DNA of 64,000 nt, from the NCBI RefSeq assembly GCF_963921235.1, contig NC_086108.1, positions 5,518,001-5,582,000 of the forward strand. Reading direction: 5' to 3'. Positions 22,613-36,130 of the stretch are shown here, in pieces (positions within the stretch are counted from its first letter, which is position 1; every line of letters begins with the position of its first letter). Made by a program: the position numbers and the translations under genes. This DNA is from Mobula hypostoma (taxonomy: Eukaryota). The notes beneath the pieces are model-generated. The model was not told where the DNA came from, did not search any database, and was given only the letters and a program-made list of their open reading frames with translations.

Positions 22613-25600
22613 ATCTAATCCTCCTTTGGTCTCGACCCAGAAGCTTGACCGCTTGTTCATTCCCGACCTGCTGAGTTCCTCCAGTATTCCGGATTTCCGC
22701 ATCTGCAGAATCTCCTGTGCTAAGATCTAATCCTTTGCTTTTCATGGGCTGTTTGAAATCTCGTCTTTCAATTTCTGCCACTGTTGGAATTCTACTGTGA
22801 CCTGCAGCTCAGATGTTCACTCACTGAAGGTCAAGCGGTCACAGGGCCCCAGAGACAAATGCTGGGATGAAAATAGCACCACATGAGTAACAGAGAACGT
22901 GGACTACTAAATAAAACCGTTTGCAGGCACGGGGCATAGATTGGTCTGTGATATGAATAACGTATTACCACACATCTGTAGATTAATGTAAGATTAGTCG
23001 CACAGAAGCGAAGCCAGAACAACTATGCACAGGAGATGGTAGAAATTTGGAATAATCATCCACAAACAAGTGAAGTCAATATTAAACCCGAGACCAATGG
23101 TTCAATGGCTCCATTTAGTATCAGAGAATGTACACAATTTCCAACCTGAAATGCTTACCTTCGTAAACATCCATGAGACAGATGAAAACCCCACAGAATG
23201 AGTGACAGAAAAATGTTAGAACTCCAAAGACCACTCCCCTTCCAACACACAAGCATCAACTCTCCCTCCACGCCACACCTCTTGCTCCAACGTCAGCCTC
23301 CCACTACACACCATGCAAGCTACAGCAAAGCCTCCAATGAGACCATGATCTAAAGTTCATCAAAAAGTACCTATCCCAACACTTCGATATGCCAGTGATA
23401 TTAAATCTGATTCTGATCTCTCTCTCTCCATCACTCCTGTCACAGCAAGAGGAAGACCAAACACATCAAGGGAAATGAGTCAAATAAAAATAAATAAGAG
23501 CAGTTCACAAGTCATCCTCTGAAACTCAGAACAGGCTTGAGAGCTGTATGGTCTCATCCTGTTCCAATGAATTAAACAAATAAGACCATCTATTCCCCAG
23601 CAAAGCCAAAGTACATTTATTTATACAACCTTGAGGCTCATCTCCCAACAGGCAGCCTCAAAACAAAGAAACCCATCAGAACAAAAGAAGACTGTCAAAA
23701 GCCCAATGTGCAGAGAGAAAAAAACAAATTGTGCTAACAATAAACATCAGCTAATAGCATTTAGAATTGATGTTTGCAAAGCCAGGGATGACTGCAGCGA
23801 TCCAGAAGCCTGTCAGTTGCAGGTCACAGCCTCAGTTCAGCACAGAGACAAGCAAATCATGGAGCAACGAGCTGAACTAGCCCGTCCCTCGCCTCCAGCC
23901 CTGACACCCCGGCCTGGGTTGTTCCCTACTCTCAGACCTGAGCCCTACCACCTCGATTTGGCCCGTACTCAACCTTTCCAATTCAGCTCGGCACTTAAAT
24001 CGATCAGACCTCGGGTCTTTCCTCACTCACAGACCCGGGCTCTGCCCCACCTCAGTTCTGCCGCATCAAATTGCCTCCAAGTCGGCTCGAGCAATGGCAT
24101 ACATCGGCTCGTTCCCAGACACGGCATGCTGCAACTTGCCTGCTCCTCCGACACTTCCGTTTACACTGCAAAAGTGCCAGGTTGTACAGGCAGTTGAAAA
24201 GCTCAACTTTTGCATGCACCATTTGCACTGGCAACTCATCCACGCTCTCACTACCCTCTCAGTGAAGAGGTTTCCCCTCATGTTCTGATTAAACTTTCCA
24301 CCTTTCAGTTATAATTTATCTGAAATTAGTGCTGGAATCTAAAGGAATTTATTTTTTTTTTACAACTATTGAGTCAGCTGCAGTCACCCATGAAATTTAC
24401 TCCTCACTATCCAGTGACTGCTTATCTGCTTTATTTTGAGATACAGCGCGCAAAAGGCTTTTCCAGCCCTTTGATCTGTGCCGCCCAGCAATTCACCGAT
24501 GTAATCCCCGCCTAATCACAGGGCAATTCACAATGACCAATTAACCTCCCAACCGGTACGTCTTTGAACGGTGGGAGGAAACTGGAGCATCTGGAGAAAA
24601 CCTACGTGGCCATGGGGAGAACGAGCAAACTCCTTACAGGTGGTGGTGGGGCCGCTACTGTAAAGTGTTGTGCTAACCACTACATTACTGTGCTGCCCCA
24701 TTAAAAACTGCACCTCAGATCAACAAACACCGTGTAAAAGTCACGTTGGGAACATTTTTGATCTCTGGAGTGGGAAGGTCACAATCTAAAGCACACCCAT
24801 AATCCATATGGATTCTTATATGGTCCAACTAGGTACCAAAATACAGAGCAAGTACCTGGATAACAGAGGGAGGGGAATAAGTCAGGATAATATTATGTTC
24901 TTATTACAAAGACAAGCTCCATAATGAATTTAATGGTTATTTTGGAGTCAACGATAAGACAAAACTAAAAATGGCTTGCTAATTCATATTGACCTTTCAC
25001 CAAGAATGATGAATGGTTTCAAGAGAGTGAATGTGGACAGGATGTCTCCTACAGTGTGGAGTCCAGGACCAGAGGACACAGCCTCAGACGTTGCTTGAAA
25101 ACAGAGATGGAGAGGAATTTCAAAGGCGAATAGAGGGGGCTGGGGGCTAACGAGAATGGTTGATCAATTAACTGCCTGGGTGGGGGCAGAAGAAACTTTT
25201 AAGATGACGACAGCACACAAAATGCTGGAGGAACTCAGCAGGCCAGGCAGTGTTCATGGAAAAGAGTACAGTCAATGTTTTGGGCTGAGACCCTCCAGCA
25301 GGTCAAGGCCATTCAGCCCACTGAGTCTACTCCACCATTCCATCACAGCTGATTTGTTATCCCTCTCAAACCCTATCCTCCTGACTTCTCCCCATATCCC
25401 TGCTTTAGCCAGAGTGTGGTGAATCTGGGGAATTTGTTGCCACAGGTGGCTCTGGAAGCCAAGTTATTGGGTATGGTTAAGGCAGAGATTCTTGATTGGT
25501 CAAGAGCATGAAGGGACACAGAGAAAACAGGAAAATGTGGCTGAGAGGGAAATAGATCACCATCTACAGTATTTTTTTTAATTCCAGAGTTATTTAATTA

Positions 25601-25939
25601 CCGTAAGTGGATTTGAATAGAGCAGCTGGCATGGTGGAATTTGTACTTAAATCTCTGGATCATATCCAGGGCCTCTGGGTTGTTGGTCCACTAATTTCAA
25701 AGTTCAAAGTAAAATTATTTTGTGTCCAAAGCGGTTATGAATACCTTTCAATACAAGAAAGTAGCTTCTTCTGTGTATAATGTACAAGTAACTGCAGCTT
25801 TGAGCTTCAAATTACAAGCTTAAAAACAAAACGACATCGCTATAGGGTGTGAATTGTTTTAAAGTCAAAGGTTATAAACAATTGACTGAAACCAGTTCCG
25901 TTCTTTCACATTCTTTTCAAGAGCTGGGACCACACCTTA

Positions 25940-26365
25940 TGGCATGAGGCCACTCTCAGGGTGGTGGAACAACATCTTATATTCCATCTGGGTAGCCTCC
26001 AACCTCATGGCACGAATATCAGATTCTCCTCTCAGTAAAAAAAAATTCCTTCCCCTCCTCATCTATTCCCCACTTCGGCCTCTAACCTCTTCTCACCTAC
26101 CTATCACCTCCCCCTGATGCCCTTCCTCTTATAGTCCACTCTCCCCTTCACCTTTCCACCAACCTGGCTTCACCTATCACCTTCTAGCTCTCGTCCTTCT
26201 TCTCTCTCCACCTTTTTATTCTGGCATCTTTCCCCTTCCTTTCCAGTCATGAAGAAGGGTCTAGGCCTGAAACGTTGGCTTTTCATAGACGCTGCCTGAC
26301 CTGCTGAGTTCCTCCAGCATTTTGAGAGAGCTGCTCTGGATTTCCAGCATCTGCAGACTTTCTCC
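25940..26365 (+). mobile_element. Penelope-like 3' fragment (others about 34535-34910, 36135-36945, 37230-37855, 54455-55080)
   Basis: ggtagcctccaacc motif, pyrimidine tract, degenerate hammerhead and gatgctgcctgacctgctgagttcctccagc tail. Confidence 0.75.
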
Positions 26366-27779
26366 AGTGTATTATCACTACAGAACCCCTTTTGCTTCCA
26401 GGCCATATGACATGAGGTGCAGCAGCTGTCACAAACCCTCATAAAGCAAATGATCAGCATAGCCAGTCACAACCTTTTCCGGAACATTCACCAGTTATAC
26501 AAGTACAAGTTCATTCAGCCCTTCCAATCCATCTGTGGTTGCAAATTAATCAAAAGTTGAATTTGCCTAAAAAGAAATTCATTACTATACACTTGCTTCA
26601 ATGCTTTAATGTTAACACAGTGTATAATATGATGAGAGGCTTTGATTGTGTGGATATAGCCAGAGGCTTTTTCCCAGGGCTAACACGAGGGGGTACAGTT
26701 TTAAGGTGCTTGGAAATAGGTACCGAGAGGATGTCAGGGGTAGGTTTTTCCACACAGAGTGCTGTGTGCATGGAATGCACTGCTCGTGGCAGTGGTGGAA
26801 GCGGATACAAAAGGGTCTTTTAAGATACTCTTAGATAAGTACATGGAGCTTAGAAAAATAGAGGGCTATGCGCTGGGGAAATTCTAGGCAGTTTCTAGAG
26901 TAGGTTACATGGTCGGCACAACATTGTGGGCCGAAGGGCCTGTAATGGGTTGTAAATTTCTATGTTCTAATATTTGTCCCATTGCCTGTGTCTGAATTCT
27001 GTATCTCAGATAATCCAAGCAAGCTGTCACCCAACTGGCCACAGGATTCCACTGAAAATTCAAAGTACACCAAGAAACACAGGAGATCAGGCAGCAACTA
27101 TGGACAACGAATGAGAGTTGACATTTTGGGCCAAGTTACTTCAGGACGGGAGGTAGATGGGCCTTGGCTCGGCCTCCCCCAGGCTGCACCAAAGGGGTTT
27201 TTGAGTGATAACTTGCTTGAAGTGGAAGTAATGGAAGGAGTATTAATGTTGAAACGAGTATATAGTAATGAATTTTAGGGGTTTTTTTGAGCTTTCATAT
27301 TTTCTTAGTGCAATGGTATTAATTTTGGTTTAAAAATGCCCGGCCTTTTTAAGGGCTGAATGATCTTATAAGATTTTTGAAAGTGATTGTCCTGTTCCAG
27401 AAAATGTAACCAGCCAGCCACGTCAAAAATAGACGAGCTGGTCATTGCCTCGAGGGGTTTGTGACATCTTGCTGCCTACAAAAAAACAGCTGCTGCTCTT
27501 CCTGTCGAATTAGATTGGAAGCAAAAGGAGTTCTTTCGAGACGAGAGGGTCTGCAGATGCTGTAAATGCAAAGCAACTCACACACGTAATGCTGGAGGAA
27601 CTTGGCAGGTCAGGCAGCACCAATCGAAAGGAATAAAAAGACAACGTTCGTGGCCGAGACCCTTTAACAGGACTGGAAAGGAAGGGGGAAGACGCCAGAA
27701 TAAAAAAGGTGGGGAGGGGTAGGGGTTAGGATTGGAGCCGAGCACAGCTTCAGCCAGTCGGCAGGCACTCTCCCTGGGT

Positions 27780-28290
27780 TCTGTGCTCCAGTCCCTGCGT
27801 TATGGGAGACGGAAGGCCGCTGGTCCGGGCCGGGCTGGGAGCGGGACAGGGATCGGCTGGACTTCGCCGCCACCGAGCTCTGGGGCTGCTCGTCCCTCCC
27901 CAGGCCCTGGAGCCCATTTCTCAATCAAGGAGACGTATCTGGATTCGCCGCCGAGTTCCGAGGCCTCTCCCCCCTCCCCAGGACCAAGATCGGTCTTCTC
28001 GCCCCAACCCGAGATCCGCATCTCAATCTGCCGCCGACACCATGAGCGGGTTCACCCGGCACTTACCGAGAGTCACAGACACCATGTTGGCTCCGCGGCG
28101 CGCCCAACGTCATCTCCGGGCGCCCGACGGGAAGACGACCTACAACCAGTTACTAGGGAGACGAGATAACGAGACAGTGACAGATCAGAAACAGCCAATC
28201 AGAGGGCCGCGCCTGGAGATGGGCGGGGTGGGCTAACCAGAGGCAACGTCGGCAGATGGCGGGTATCTGTGAATATCGCCCAGACTAGAG
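27780..28290 (-). promoter_or_regulatory. CpG island and housekeeping-type promoter of C19orf47
   Basis: The most strongly CpG-rich stretch in the window. CRE-like TGACGT (28107-28112, minus), RFX X-box-like GTTACTAGGGAGAC (28149-28162), CCAAT (28195-28199) and GC box GGGCGGGG (28221-28228). Confidence 0.8.
28067..28085 (-). CDS. C19orf47: C19orf47 orthologue, coding part of exon 1 (MVSVTL + phase 1)
   Basis: gccaacATGGTGTCTGTGACTCTCG|gtaagt: strong Kozak context and consensus donor inside a CpG island. Joins in frame to the exon at 14586-14673. Confidence 0.88.
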
Positions 28291-28577
28291 TCAGGCAATG
28301 AAAGTCTCTACATACCCATTCCATTTCTTTGGAATGGGCGACGCATAGACCTGGGGTACGGTCAGAATTGGGATCGTCATCATCATCGTGATGTGCCGTG
28401 TCCAATTGGAGTAACTATGGACACTATCTGGGCAAGGGGTAGTTGTGGACAGTAGATATTGTCCATAATTACCCCATGTCTAGGTACTCTCCATAGTTAT
28501 CCCATGTCTAGGCATTACCATTGTTACCCCATGTGTAGATATTGTCCACAATTACCTCATGTCTAGATATTACCATA

Positions 28578-28786
28578 AACACAAAATAATCTGCAGATGC
28601 TGTTGTCAAAGGAACACTCACAATGTGCTAGAGGAACTCAGCAGGTCAGTCAGCATCAGTTGAAAAGATTAGTCAACGCTTTGGGCGGAAACCCTTCGTC
28701 AGGACAAAGGGTTTCGGTCCGAAACATCGACTAATCTTTTCAACTGATGCTGACTGAGCTGCTGAGTTCCTCCACCGCATTGTGAG
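28578..28786. mobile_element. Penelope-like fold-back insertion inside the satellite
   Basis: Inverted arms with a hammerhead-like centre (minus gtcCTGACGAagggtttccgccc; plus ggtccGAAAcaTCgact). Confidence 0.78.
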
Positions 28787-30054
28787 TAGACATTACCATA
28801 GTTACCCCATGTCTAGGTATTTTCAATAGTTACCCCATGTCTAGACATCACCATAGTTACCCCATGTCCAGGCATAACCAAAAGTTACCCCATGTGTACA
28901 TATTGTTCACAATTACCCCATGTCTAGATAATGTCCATCGTTACCCCATGTCTATGTATTGTTCAAAGTTACCCCATGTTGAGATATTGTCCATAGTTAC
29001 CCCATGTCTAGATATTGTCTGTAGTTACCCCATGTTTAGATATTGTCCAGAGTTACCCCATGACTAGATATTGTCCATAGTTACCCCATGTCTAGGTATT
29101 GTCCGTAGTTACCCCATGTTTAGATATTGTCCAGAGTTACCCCATGTTGAGATATTGTCCATAGTTACCCCATGTCTAGATATTGTCTGTAGTTACCCCA
29201 TGTTTAGATATTGTCCAAAGTTACCCCATGTTGAGATATTGTCCATAGTTACCCCATGTCTAGATATTGTCTGTAGTTATCCCATGTCTAGGTATTGTCC
29301 ATAGGATGAAATGAAATATCTTTATTGTCATTGCATAGTACAATTTGTCATGCACTAATACAGCGAAAATGAGTTTGCAACTCTCGTACTCAATGCTATA
29401 AAACAACAAATAAAATAAATAAACAATAAATAAAATCAAGTAACCAGCCAGTACAAGCAATGTCCAGCAGTACAAAAGCACAACTCAGATGTGTGACAGC
29501 CATAAAACCAGTATTAAAAGTAGATATGTAACAAATTTATGGATGATGCTTGAGCAATTATAGCTCTGGGGAAAAAGCTATTTTTCAGTCTGGAAGTGCG
29601 GGCATAGAAAATCTTATAACGTCTGCCAGACGGAAGAAGTTCAAACAGATGATTGTCCATCCATAGTTAGTAACTATGGGTTACCTAGACATGGGGGGAA
29701 CTGTACACAATACCTGGACACTGGGTAATATTGGACAATATCTAGATAAACGGTATCTATAGACAATACATATACATAGGGTTACTACTGACAATAGCCT
29801 GACATGAGTTCAGTGTGGACAATACCAATAAAATGGGGTAACCATGGACAATATCTAGACGTGGGTAACTACAGACAATATCTAGACATGGGGTAATTCT
29901 GGACAATATCTAGACATGGGGTAACTACAGACAATATTTAGACATGGGGTAACTATAGACAATATCTAGACATAGGGTAACTATAGACATTAGCTAGACA
30001 TGGGGTAACTATGGACAATACATAGACATGGGGTAACTCTGGTCAATATCTAGG

Positions 30055-30702
30055 TACTGTTCACCACGGTCAGAGGTGGAGACCTGCGCAAGGAAGATTT
30101 TAAAGTGCCACAGGGGGTGCGCCATCCCCAGCAGCACTATCTTCACCATGATGAGGTAAATCCTGGTGGCAAGGGTGGTCCCAAGACAACTGGTCCCACA
30201 TCTTGGCTGCCAGGTCCTTGGTCTGTTAAGGCCCACCTATTGCACGCCGCCAGCACATTGCTTTTCTGTCAGGGTGTGCAGCCTTAGCCTTGTTTCAACA
30301 GACCTACCACAAGGCAGTGGGGCTATTTGTCCACAGCCAGGACAGTGGTTGGCGGGTGCCAGGGCGTGTCCACACAGTGGTGGGCCTGCACGCCACGTCT
30401 CTGGGGCCCACTGCTGCTCCAAGATCCCCTGTAGTTTGGCCTGGGACTGTAAGATACCCAGTTCCCGTGTGTGGCTCCGAGGAGGAGTCATGGTGGTGGA
30501 GAGGCTCTGTACTGGCAGGAGGAGGCTTACACATTCGGCTCCTCTTTTCACCCTCTATTAAGAAGGCCAGCCAGCGGCAATAGCTGTAAGCAGAGAGCAC
30601 TGTGCGGCTTACAGCATGCAGCATGCACTAATTACAAGCACTACTACACTACTGCGCTAGACACTTCACACGCACCCTGTGAGCAAATACTCCCACACAC
30701 AG
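30055..30702 (-). mobile_element. ~650-bp GC-richer insert in the satellite, possibly the 5' region of an RTE-type LINE
   Basis: Unique sequence cleanly interrupting the 28-bp array. The HFKIFLAQVSTSDRG segment resembles pre-endonuclease regions of RTE elements (from memory only). Confidence 0.35.
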
Positions 30703-31010
30703 GGACAATATCTAGACATGGGGTAACTACAGACAATATCTAGACATGGGGTAACTATGAACAATATCCAGACATGGGGTAACTATAGAGAGTACATAGA
30801 TGTGGGGTAATTATGGACATTGTCTACACATAGGGTAACTTTGGTCATGCCTAGACATGGAATAACTATGGACAATACAAGAAATGGGGGTATATCTAGA
30901 CATGGTTTAAATATGCACAATATCTCAACATGGGGTAACTATGGACATTATCCAGATATTGGATAACTATGGACAATGCACGGAAATGGGGTAACAATGG
31001 ACAATACCCA

Positions 31011-32198
31011 GAATCAGAAACAGGTTTATTATCACCGGCATGTGATGTGAAATTTGTTAACTTAGCAGCAGTTCAATGCAATACATAATCTACCAGAGAG
31101 AGAGAAAAATATAGTAATAATAAATAAAATAAAACAAAATAATAAATAAACAAGTAAATCAATTACGTATACCGAATAGATTATTTAAAAATTTGCAAAA
31201 ACAGAAAAACTGTATATTTTAAAAAGTGAGGTAGTGTCCAAAGCTTCAATGTCCATTTAGCAATTGGATGGCAGAGGGGAAGAAGCTGTTCCTGAAATGC
31301 TGAGTGTGTGCCTTCAGGCTTCTGTACCTCCTACCTGATGGTAACAGTGAGAAAAGGGCATGTCCTGGGTGCTGGAGGTCCTTAATAATGGACGCTGCCT
31401 TTCTGAGACACCACTCTCTAAAGATGTCCTGGGTACTTTTTAGGTTAGTACTGAAGATGGAACTGACTAGATTTACAACCCTCTGCAGCTTCCTTTCGGT
31501 CCTGTGCAGTAGCCCCTCCATACCAGACAGTGATGCAGCCTGTCAGAATGCTCTCCACAGTACAACTATAGAAGTTTTTGAGTGTATTTGTTGACATGCC
31601 AAATCGCTTCAAACTCCTAATAAAGTATAGCAGCTGTCTTGCTTTCTTTATGACTACATCAATATACTAGGACCAGGTTAGATCCTCAGAGATCAGGAAC
31701 TTGAAGCTGCTCACTCTCCACATCCGATCCCTCTATGAGGATTGGTATGTTTTCCTTCGTCTTGCCCTTCCTGAAGTCCACAATCAGCTCCTTCGTCTTT
31801 CTGACGTTGAGTGCCAGGTTGTTGCTGTGACAGCATTCCACTAGTTGGCATATCTCACTCCTGTACGCCCTCTCATCACCACCTGAGATTCTGCTGACAA
31901 TGGTTGTATCGTCAGCTGATTTGTAGATGGTGTTTGAGCTATGCCTCGCCACACAGTCATGTGTAGACAGAGAGTAGAGCAGTGGGCTAAGCACACACCC
32001 CTGAGGTGCACCAGTGTTGATCGGCAGTGAAGGGGATATGTTATCACCAATCCGCACAGATTGTGGTCTTCTGGTTAGGAAGTCGAGGATCCAATTACAG
32101 AGGGGGGTACAGAGGCCCAGGTTCTGCAACTTCTCAATCAAGATTGTGGGAATGATGGTATTAAATGTTGAACTATAGTCGATGAACAGCATCCTAAC
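31011..32198 (-). mobile_element. Rex1/Babar-type LINE fragment
   Basis: [33 protein letters not shown]. Confidence 0.85.
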
Positions 32199-32287
32199 GA
32201 AGGATGCGTTACTATTGTGTAACTATGGTACTACCCGTACATAGGGTAAATATGGATTATTACCTAGACATGGGTAATTATGGTAAT

Positions 32288-33452
32288 CGTCCCCATGCCA
32301 AAGCCTTCAGTGTCCTGCCTCAACGACTACTGTCCCATTGCACTCACATCCATCATCATGAAGTGTTTCGAGAGGCTCGCCATGAGTATCAAGACCCTGC
32401 TGCCCCCCTCACTGGACCCCCTGCAGTTCATGTACCGTCCCAACTGTTCAACAGACGACGTCATTGCCATCACCCTCCATCTGGCCCTAACCCACCTGGA
32501 CAAAAAAGACATGTACGTTCGGAGGCTGTTCATAGACTTCAGTTCAACATTCAACACAATCATTCCTCAGAAACTGATTGGAAAGCTGAGCCTACTGGGC
32601 CTGAACACCTCCCTCTGCAACTGGATCCTAGACTTCCTGACTGGGAGACCTCAGTCAGTCCAGATTGGAAGCAGCATCTCCAACACCATCACACTGAGCA
32701 CGGGGGCCCCCCAGGGTTGAGTGCTCAGTCCACTGCTGTTCACTCTGCTGACCCACGACTGTTCTGCAACACACAGCTTGAACCACATCATCAAGTTCGC
32801 CGATGACACGACCGTGATGGGTCTCATCAGCAAGAACGATGAGTCAGCATACAGAGAGGAGGTGCAGCGGCTAACGGACTGGTGCAGAGCCAACAACCTG
32901 TCTCTGAATGTGAACAAAACAAAAGAGGTGGTTGTTGACTTCAGGAGGACATGGAGCGACCACTCTCTGCTGAACATCGACGACTCCTCCGTAGAGATCG
33001 TTAAGAGCACCAAATTTCTTGGTGTTCACCTGGCGGAGAATCTCACCTGGTCCCTCAACACCAGCTCCATAGCAAAGAAAGCCCAGCAGCATCTCTACTT
33101 TCTGCGAAGGCTGAGAAAAGTCCATCTCCCACCCACCATCCTCACCACATTCTACAGAGGTTGTATTGAGAGCATCCTGAGCATCTGCATCACTGCCTGG
33201 TTCGGAAATTGTACCATCTTGGATTGCAAGACCCTGCAGTGGATAGTGAGGTCAGCCGAGAAGATCATTGGGGTCTCTCTTCCTGCCATTACAAACATTT
33301 ATACCACACACTGCATCCATAAAACAATCAGCATTATGAAGGAGCCCACGCACCCCTCATACAAACTCTTCTCCCTCCTGCCATCTGGCAAAAGGCACCG
33401 AAACATTCGGGCTCTCGTGACCAGACTGGGCAGCAGTTTCTTCCCCCAAGCC
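32288..33452 (+). mobile_element. Rex1/Babar-type LINE RT fragment
   Basis: [31 protein letters not shown]; one internal stop. Confidence 0.85.
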
Positions 33453-34184
33453 AGGGTGTTGGGACCGGAACAGAGGTGGGGGTTGGTTCTGTTCACTGCT
33501 TCGCGATGTTTACTCCACACAATGCTAAACTGATGCTGATGCTGTGGCCTGCTCCAGGCTTCGTGTCTGAGGACTCATGTTCATTCTAAATGCTACTTGC
33601 TTTCTTTTATTGTCTGCACAGTTCTTTCCCTCTCTCTGCACATTAAGGGTTTGACGGTCTTTTGGGTTTCTTTGCTTAGTGGCTGCCTGTAAGGAGAAGA
33701 ATCTCAAGGTTGTGTAATGTATACATATTTTTATAATAAATGTACTTTGAACATTGAAAATGAATCTCCAGGTAGTATATGGTGGCATATACTGTACGTA
33801 CTTAGAGAATAAATTTACTTTGAATTTTGAACTTTGGATGGCATACCAAATGTCTTGTCAGATATAAGGCCTTATTATTAATTATGGAAAAAGATGCTGA
33901 AATTATACACCATTTTGATCTTTAAATATGATGTTAATCCCCAATGGCCAAATATGGTGGTTTATTGTGTAACTTGAAGTCTTACAGGAAACCTACGTGA
34001 GTACGGGAGTTCTTGAGACAATGTCATACAATGTGTCTGCATTAGTATCCAAACTTGGAGAACAACAGTAACACATTAACTCCAATGCAAAGATCATCCC
34101 CAGATACAAGATTTCAATTTCAATTTACAATATTTACATTTTGTTTCCATTAGGATCATCTATGTATCTCCATTTATGTGTGTA

Positions 34185-36130
34185 GGCCAGTTAGCCCTAC
34201 TTCAGTGGTTGGGAGAATGTTGGAGTCCGTTATTAAGAATGAGGTTTTGGGGTACTTGGAGGCACAGGATAAAATAGGCTGAAGTCAACATAGCAGCACA
34301 CACAAAATACTGGAGGAACTCGGCAGGCCAGGCAGCATCTATGGAGAAGTGTCCTGTTGAAGGATCTCAGCCTAAAACGTCGACTGCATGCGCCTCCACA
34401 AATGCCGCCTGGCCTGCTGAGTTCCTCCAGCATTTTGTGTGTGTTGCTCTGGATTTCCAGCATCTGCAGTTGTCTTCATGTTTGTGAAGTCAGATGATTT
34501 CTTTAATGGAAAATCTTGTTTGAAATGTTGTTCCCCCAACCCTTTTCTTCTATTCCCTACCTTGACTTCTTACCTCTTCTTATCTGTCTATTGCCTCCCA
34601 CTGGGTTCCTTCCACTTTCCCTTTCTGTTATGGTCCATTCTCCTCTCCCATCAGATTTCTTCCTCTCCAATCTTTCACCTTTCTCATCCACCTGGCTTCA
34701 GCTATCACCTTCTCGCTATCCTCCTTCCCCTTTCCCCCCACCATCTTTTTATTCTGGCAGCTTCTCCCTTCCTTTCCAGTCCTGAAGAAGGGTCTCAGCC
34801 CGAAACTTGGACTGTTTATTCATTTCCACAGATGCTGCCTGACCTGCTGAGTTCTTCAGCATTTTGTCTGTGTTGCTTTGGAATTCCAGCATCTGTAGAC
34901 TTTCTCGTGTTTAAGATATGCAGGAATTATTTGAAGAGATAATAGACAGGATAGACAGAGGAGAGTCAGTGGATTTTGTTTAGTTGTACTTTCAAAAGGT
35001 CTTTGACATGGTGCCATACATGAGGCTGCTAAACAAGATAAAAGCCCATGGTATTACAAAGATACTAGCATAGGTAGAGCATTGGCTGCTGACAGGAGGC
35101 AAAGATTGGGAATGAAGAGGGGCTTTTCTGGTTGGCTAGTGGTGACTTGTGATGTTTTGTAGGGGTTGTATTGGGACAGTTTCTTTTTACAATATACAGT
35201 ATGTCAATGATCTGTTTGACAGAATTGATGGTTTTGTGGCCATGTTGATGGGTAATACAAAGATAATATGGGGGCAGGTGGCATTGAGGAAGCAGGGAGT
35301 CTGCAGAAGGACTTGGACAGGTTGGGAGACTGGTCAAAGAAGTGGCAGATGGAATTTAGTGTAGGGAAGTTTATGGTCTTAGAATAAAGGTGTAGACTAT
35401 TTTCTAAACAGGGAGCAAATTCAGAAATTGTTGGTGCAAAGGGACTTGGGAGTCCTAGTGTAGGATTTCCTGAAGGTTGAGTCAGTGGTGAGGAAGGCAA
35501 ATGCAATGTTAGCACTCATTTCAAGAGGACTAGGATATAAGAGCAAGGATGTAATGCTGAGGCTTTATAAGGCATTAGTCAGATCACATTTGGTGTATTG
35601 TGAGCAGTTTTGTGCCCATGTCTTAAAAAAATGTGCTGGGTTTGGAGAGGGTCCTGAGAAGGTTTACAAAAATGATCTCAGGAATGAAAGAGTTAACATA
35701 TGAGGAACTTTGATGGCTCTGGGCCTGTACTCACTGGAGTTTAGAAGAATGAGAATGAGGGTGACCTCGTTAAATCCTTTCAAATATTGAAAGACCTAAA
35801 CATGGAAAGAATGTTTCCTGTAGAGGGGGAGTTTAGGATCAGAGCAAGATGCCTCAAAATACAAGAATCTCTATTTAGAACAGAGTTGAGGAGGGATTTC
35901 TTTAGCTGGAGGGTGGTGAATCTGTGGAATTCATTGCAATTGATGGCTGTAGAGGCCAGGTCATAGGGTATTCGTATTTAAAATGGAGGTTGATAGGTTC
36001 TTGATTAGTAATGGTTTCAAAGCTTACTGAGCGAAGGCTGGAGAATGGGATTGACAGGGATAATAAATCAGCCATGCTGGAATGGCAGAGCAGACTCGAT
36101 GGGCCGAATGGCCCAATTCAGCTCCAATAA
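34185..36130 (+). mobile_element. Old CR1 LINE interrupted by two Penelope-like inserts
   Basis: FQKVFDMVP and VRKANAMLALISRG; fold-back insert at 34290-34483. Confidence 0.75.

Larger units (their letters stand above)
28409..31010. repeat. 28-bp satellite arranged as a large palindrome (remnant also at 32210-32287)
   Basis: Unit gttaccccatgtctagatattgtccata: forward at about 28455-29303 and 29652-29669, reverse at 28409-28452 and 29671-31010. Interrupted by several inserts. Confidence 0.92.

Noticed and set aside
27664..28236. Several 70-145-aa ORFs in the GC-rich region
   Set aside because: Stop-poor CpG island; the supported coding part is only the 19-nt C19orf47 exon.
28837..29304. Repetitive Cys/Pro-rich ORFs
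   Set aside because: Translation of the 84-bp satellite unit; no splice or start context.
28409..31010. CRISPR array (28-bp repeats)
   Set aside because: The units are head-to-tail with no unique spacers, there are no cas genes, and the context is eukaryotic.
28455..31010. Satellite as a p53 or SMAD site array (AGACATG, GTCTAGA)
   Set aside because: Only partial motif matches, which short motifs give by chance; no supporting evidence.
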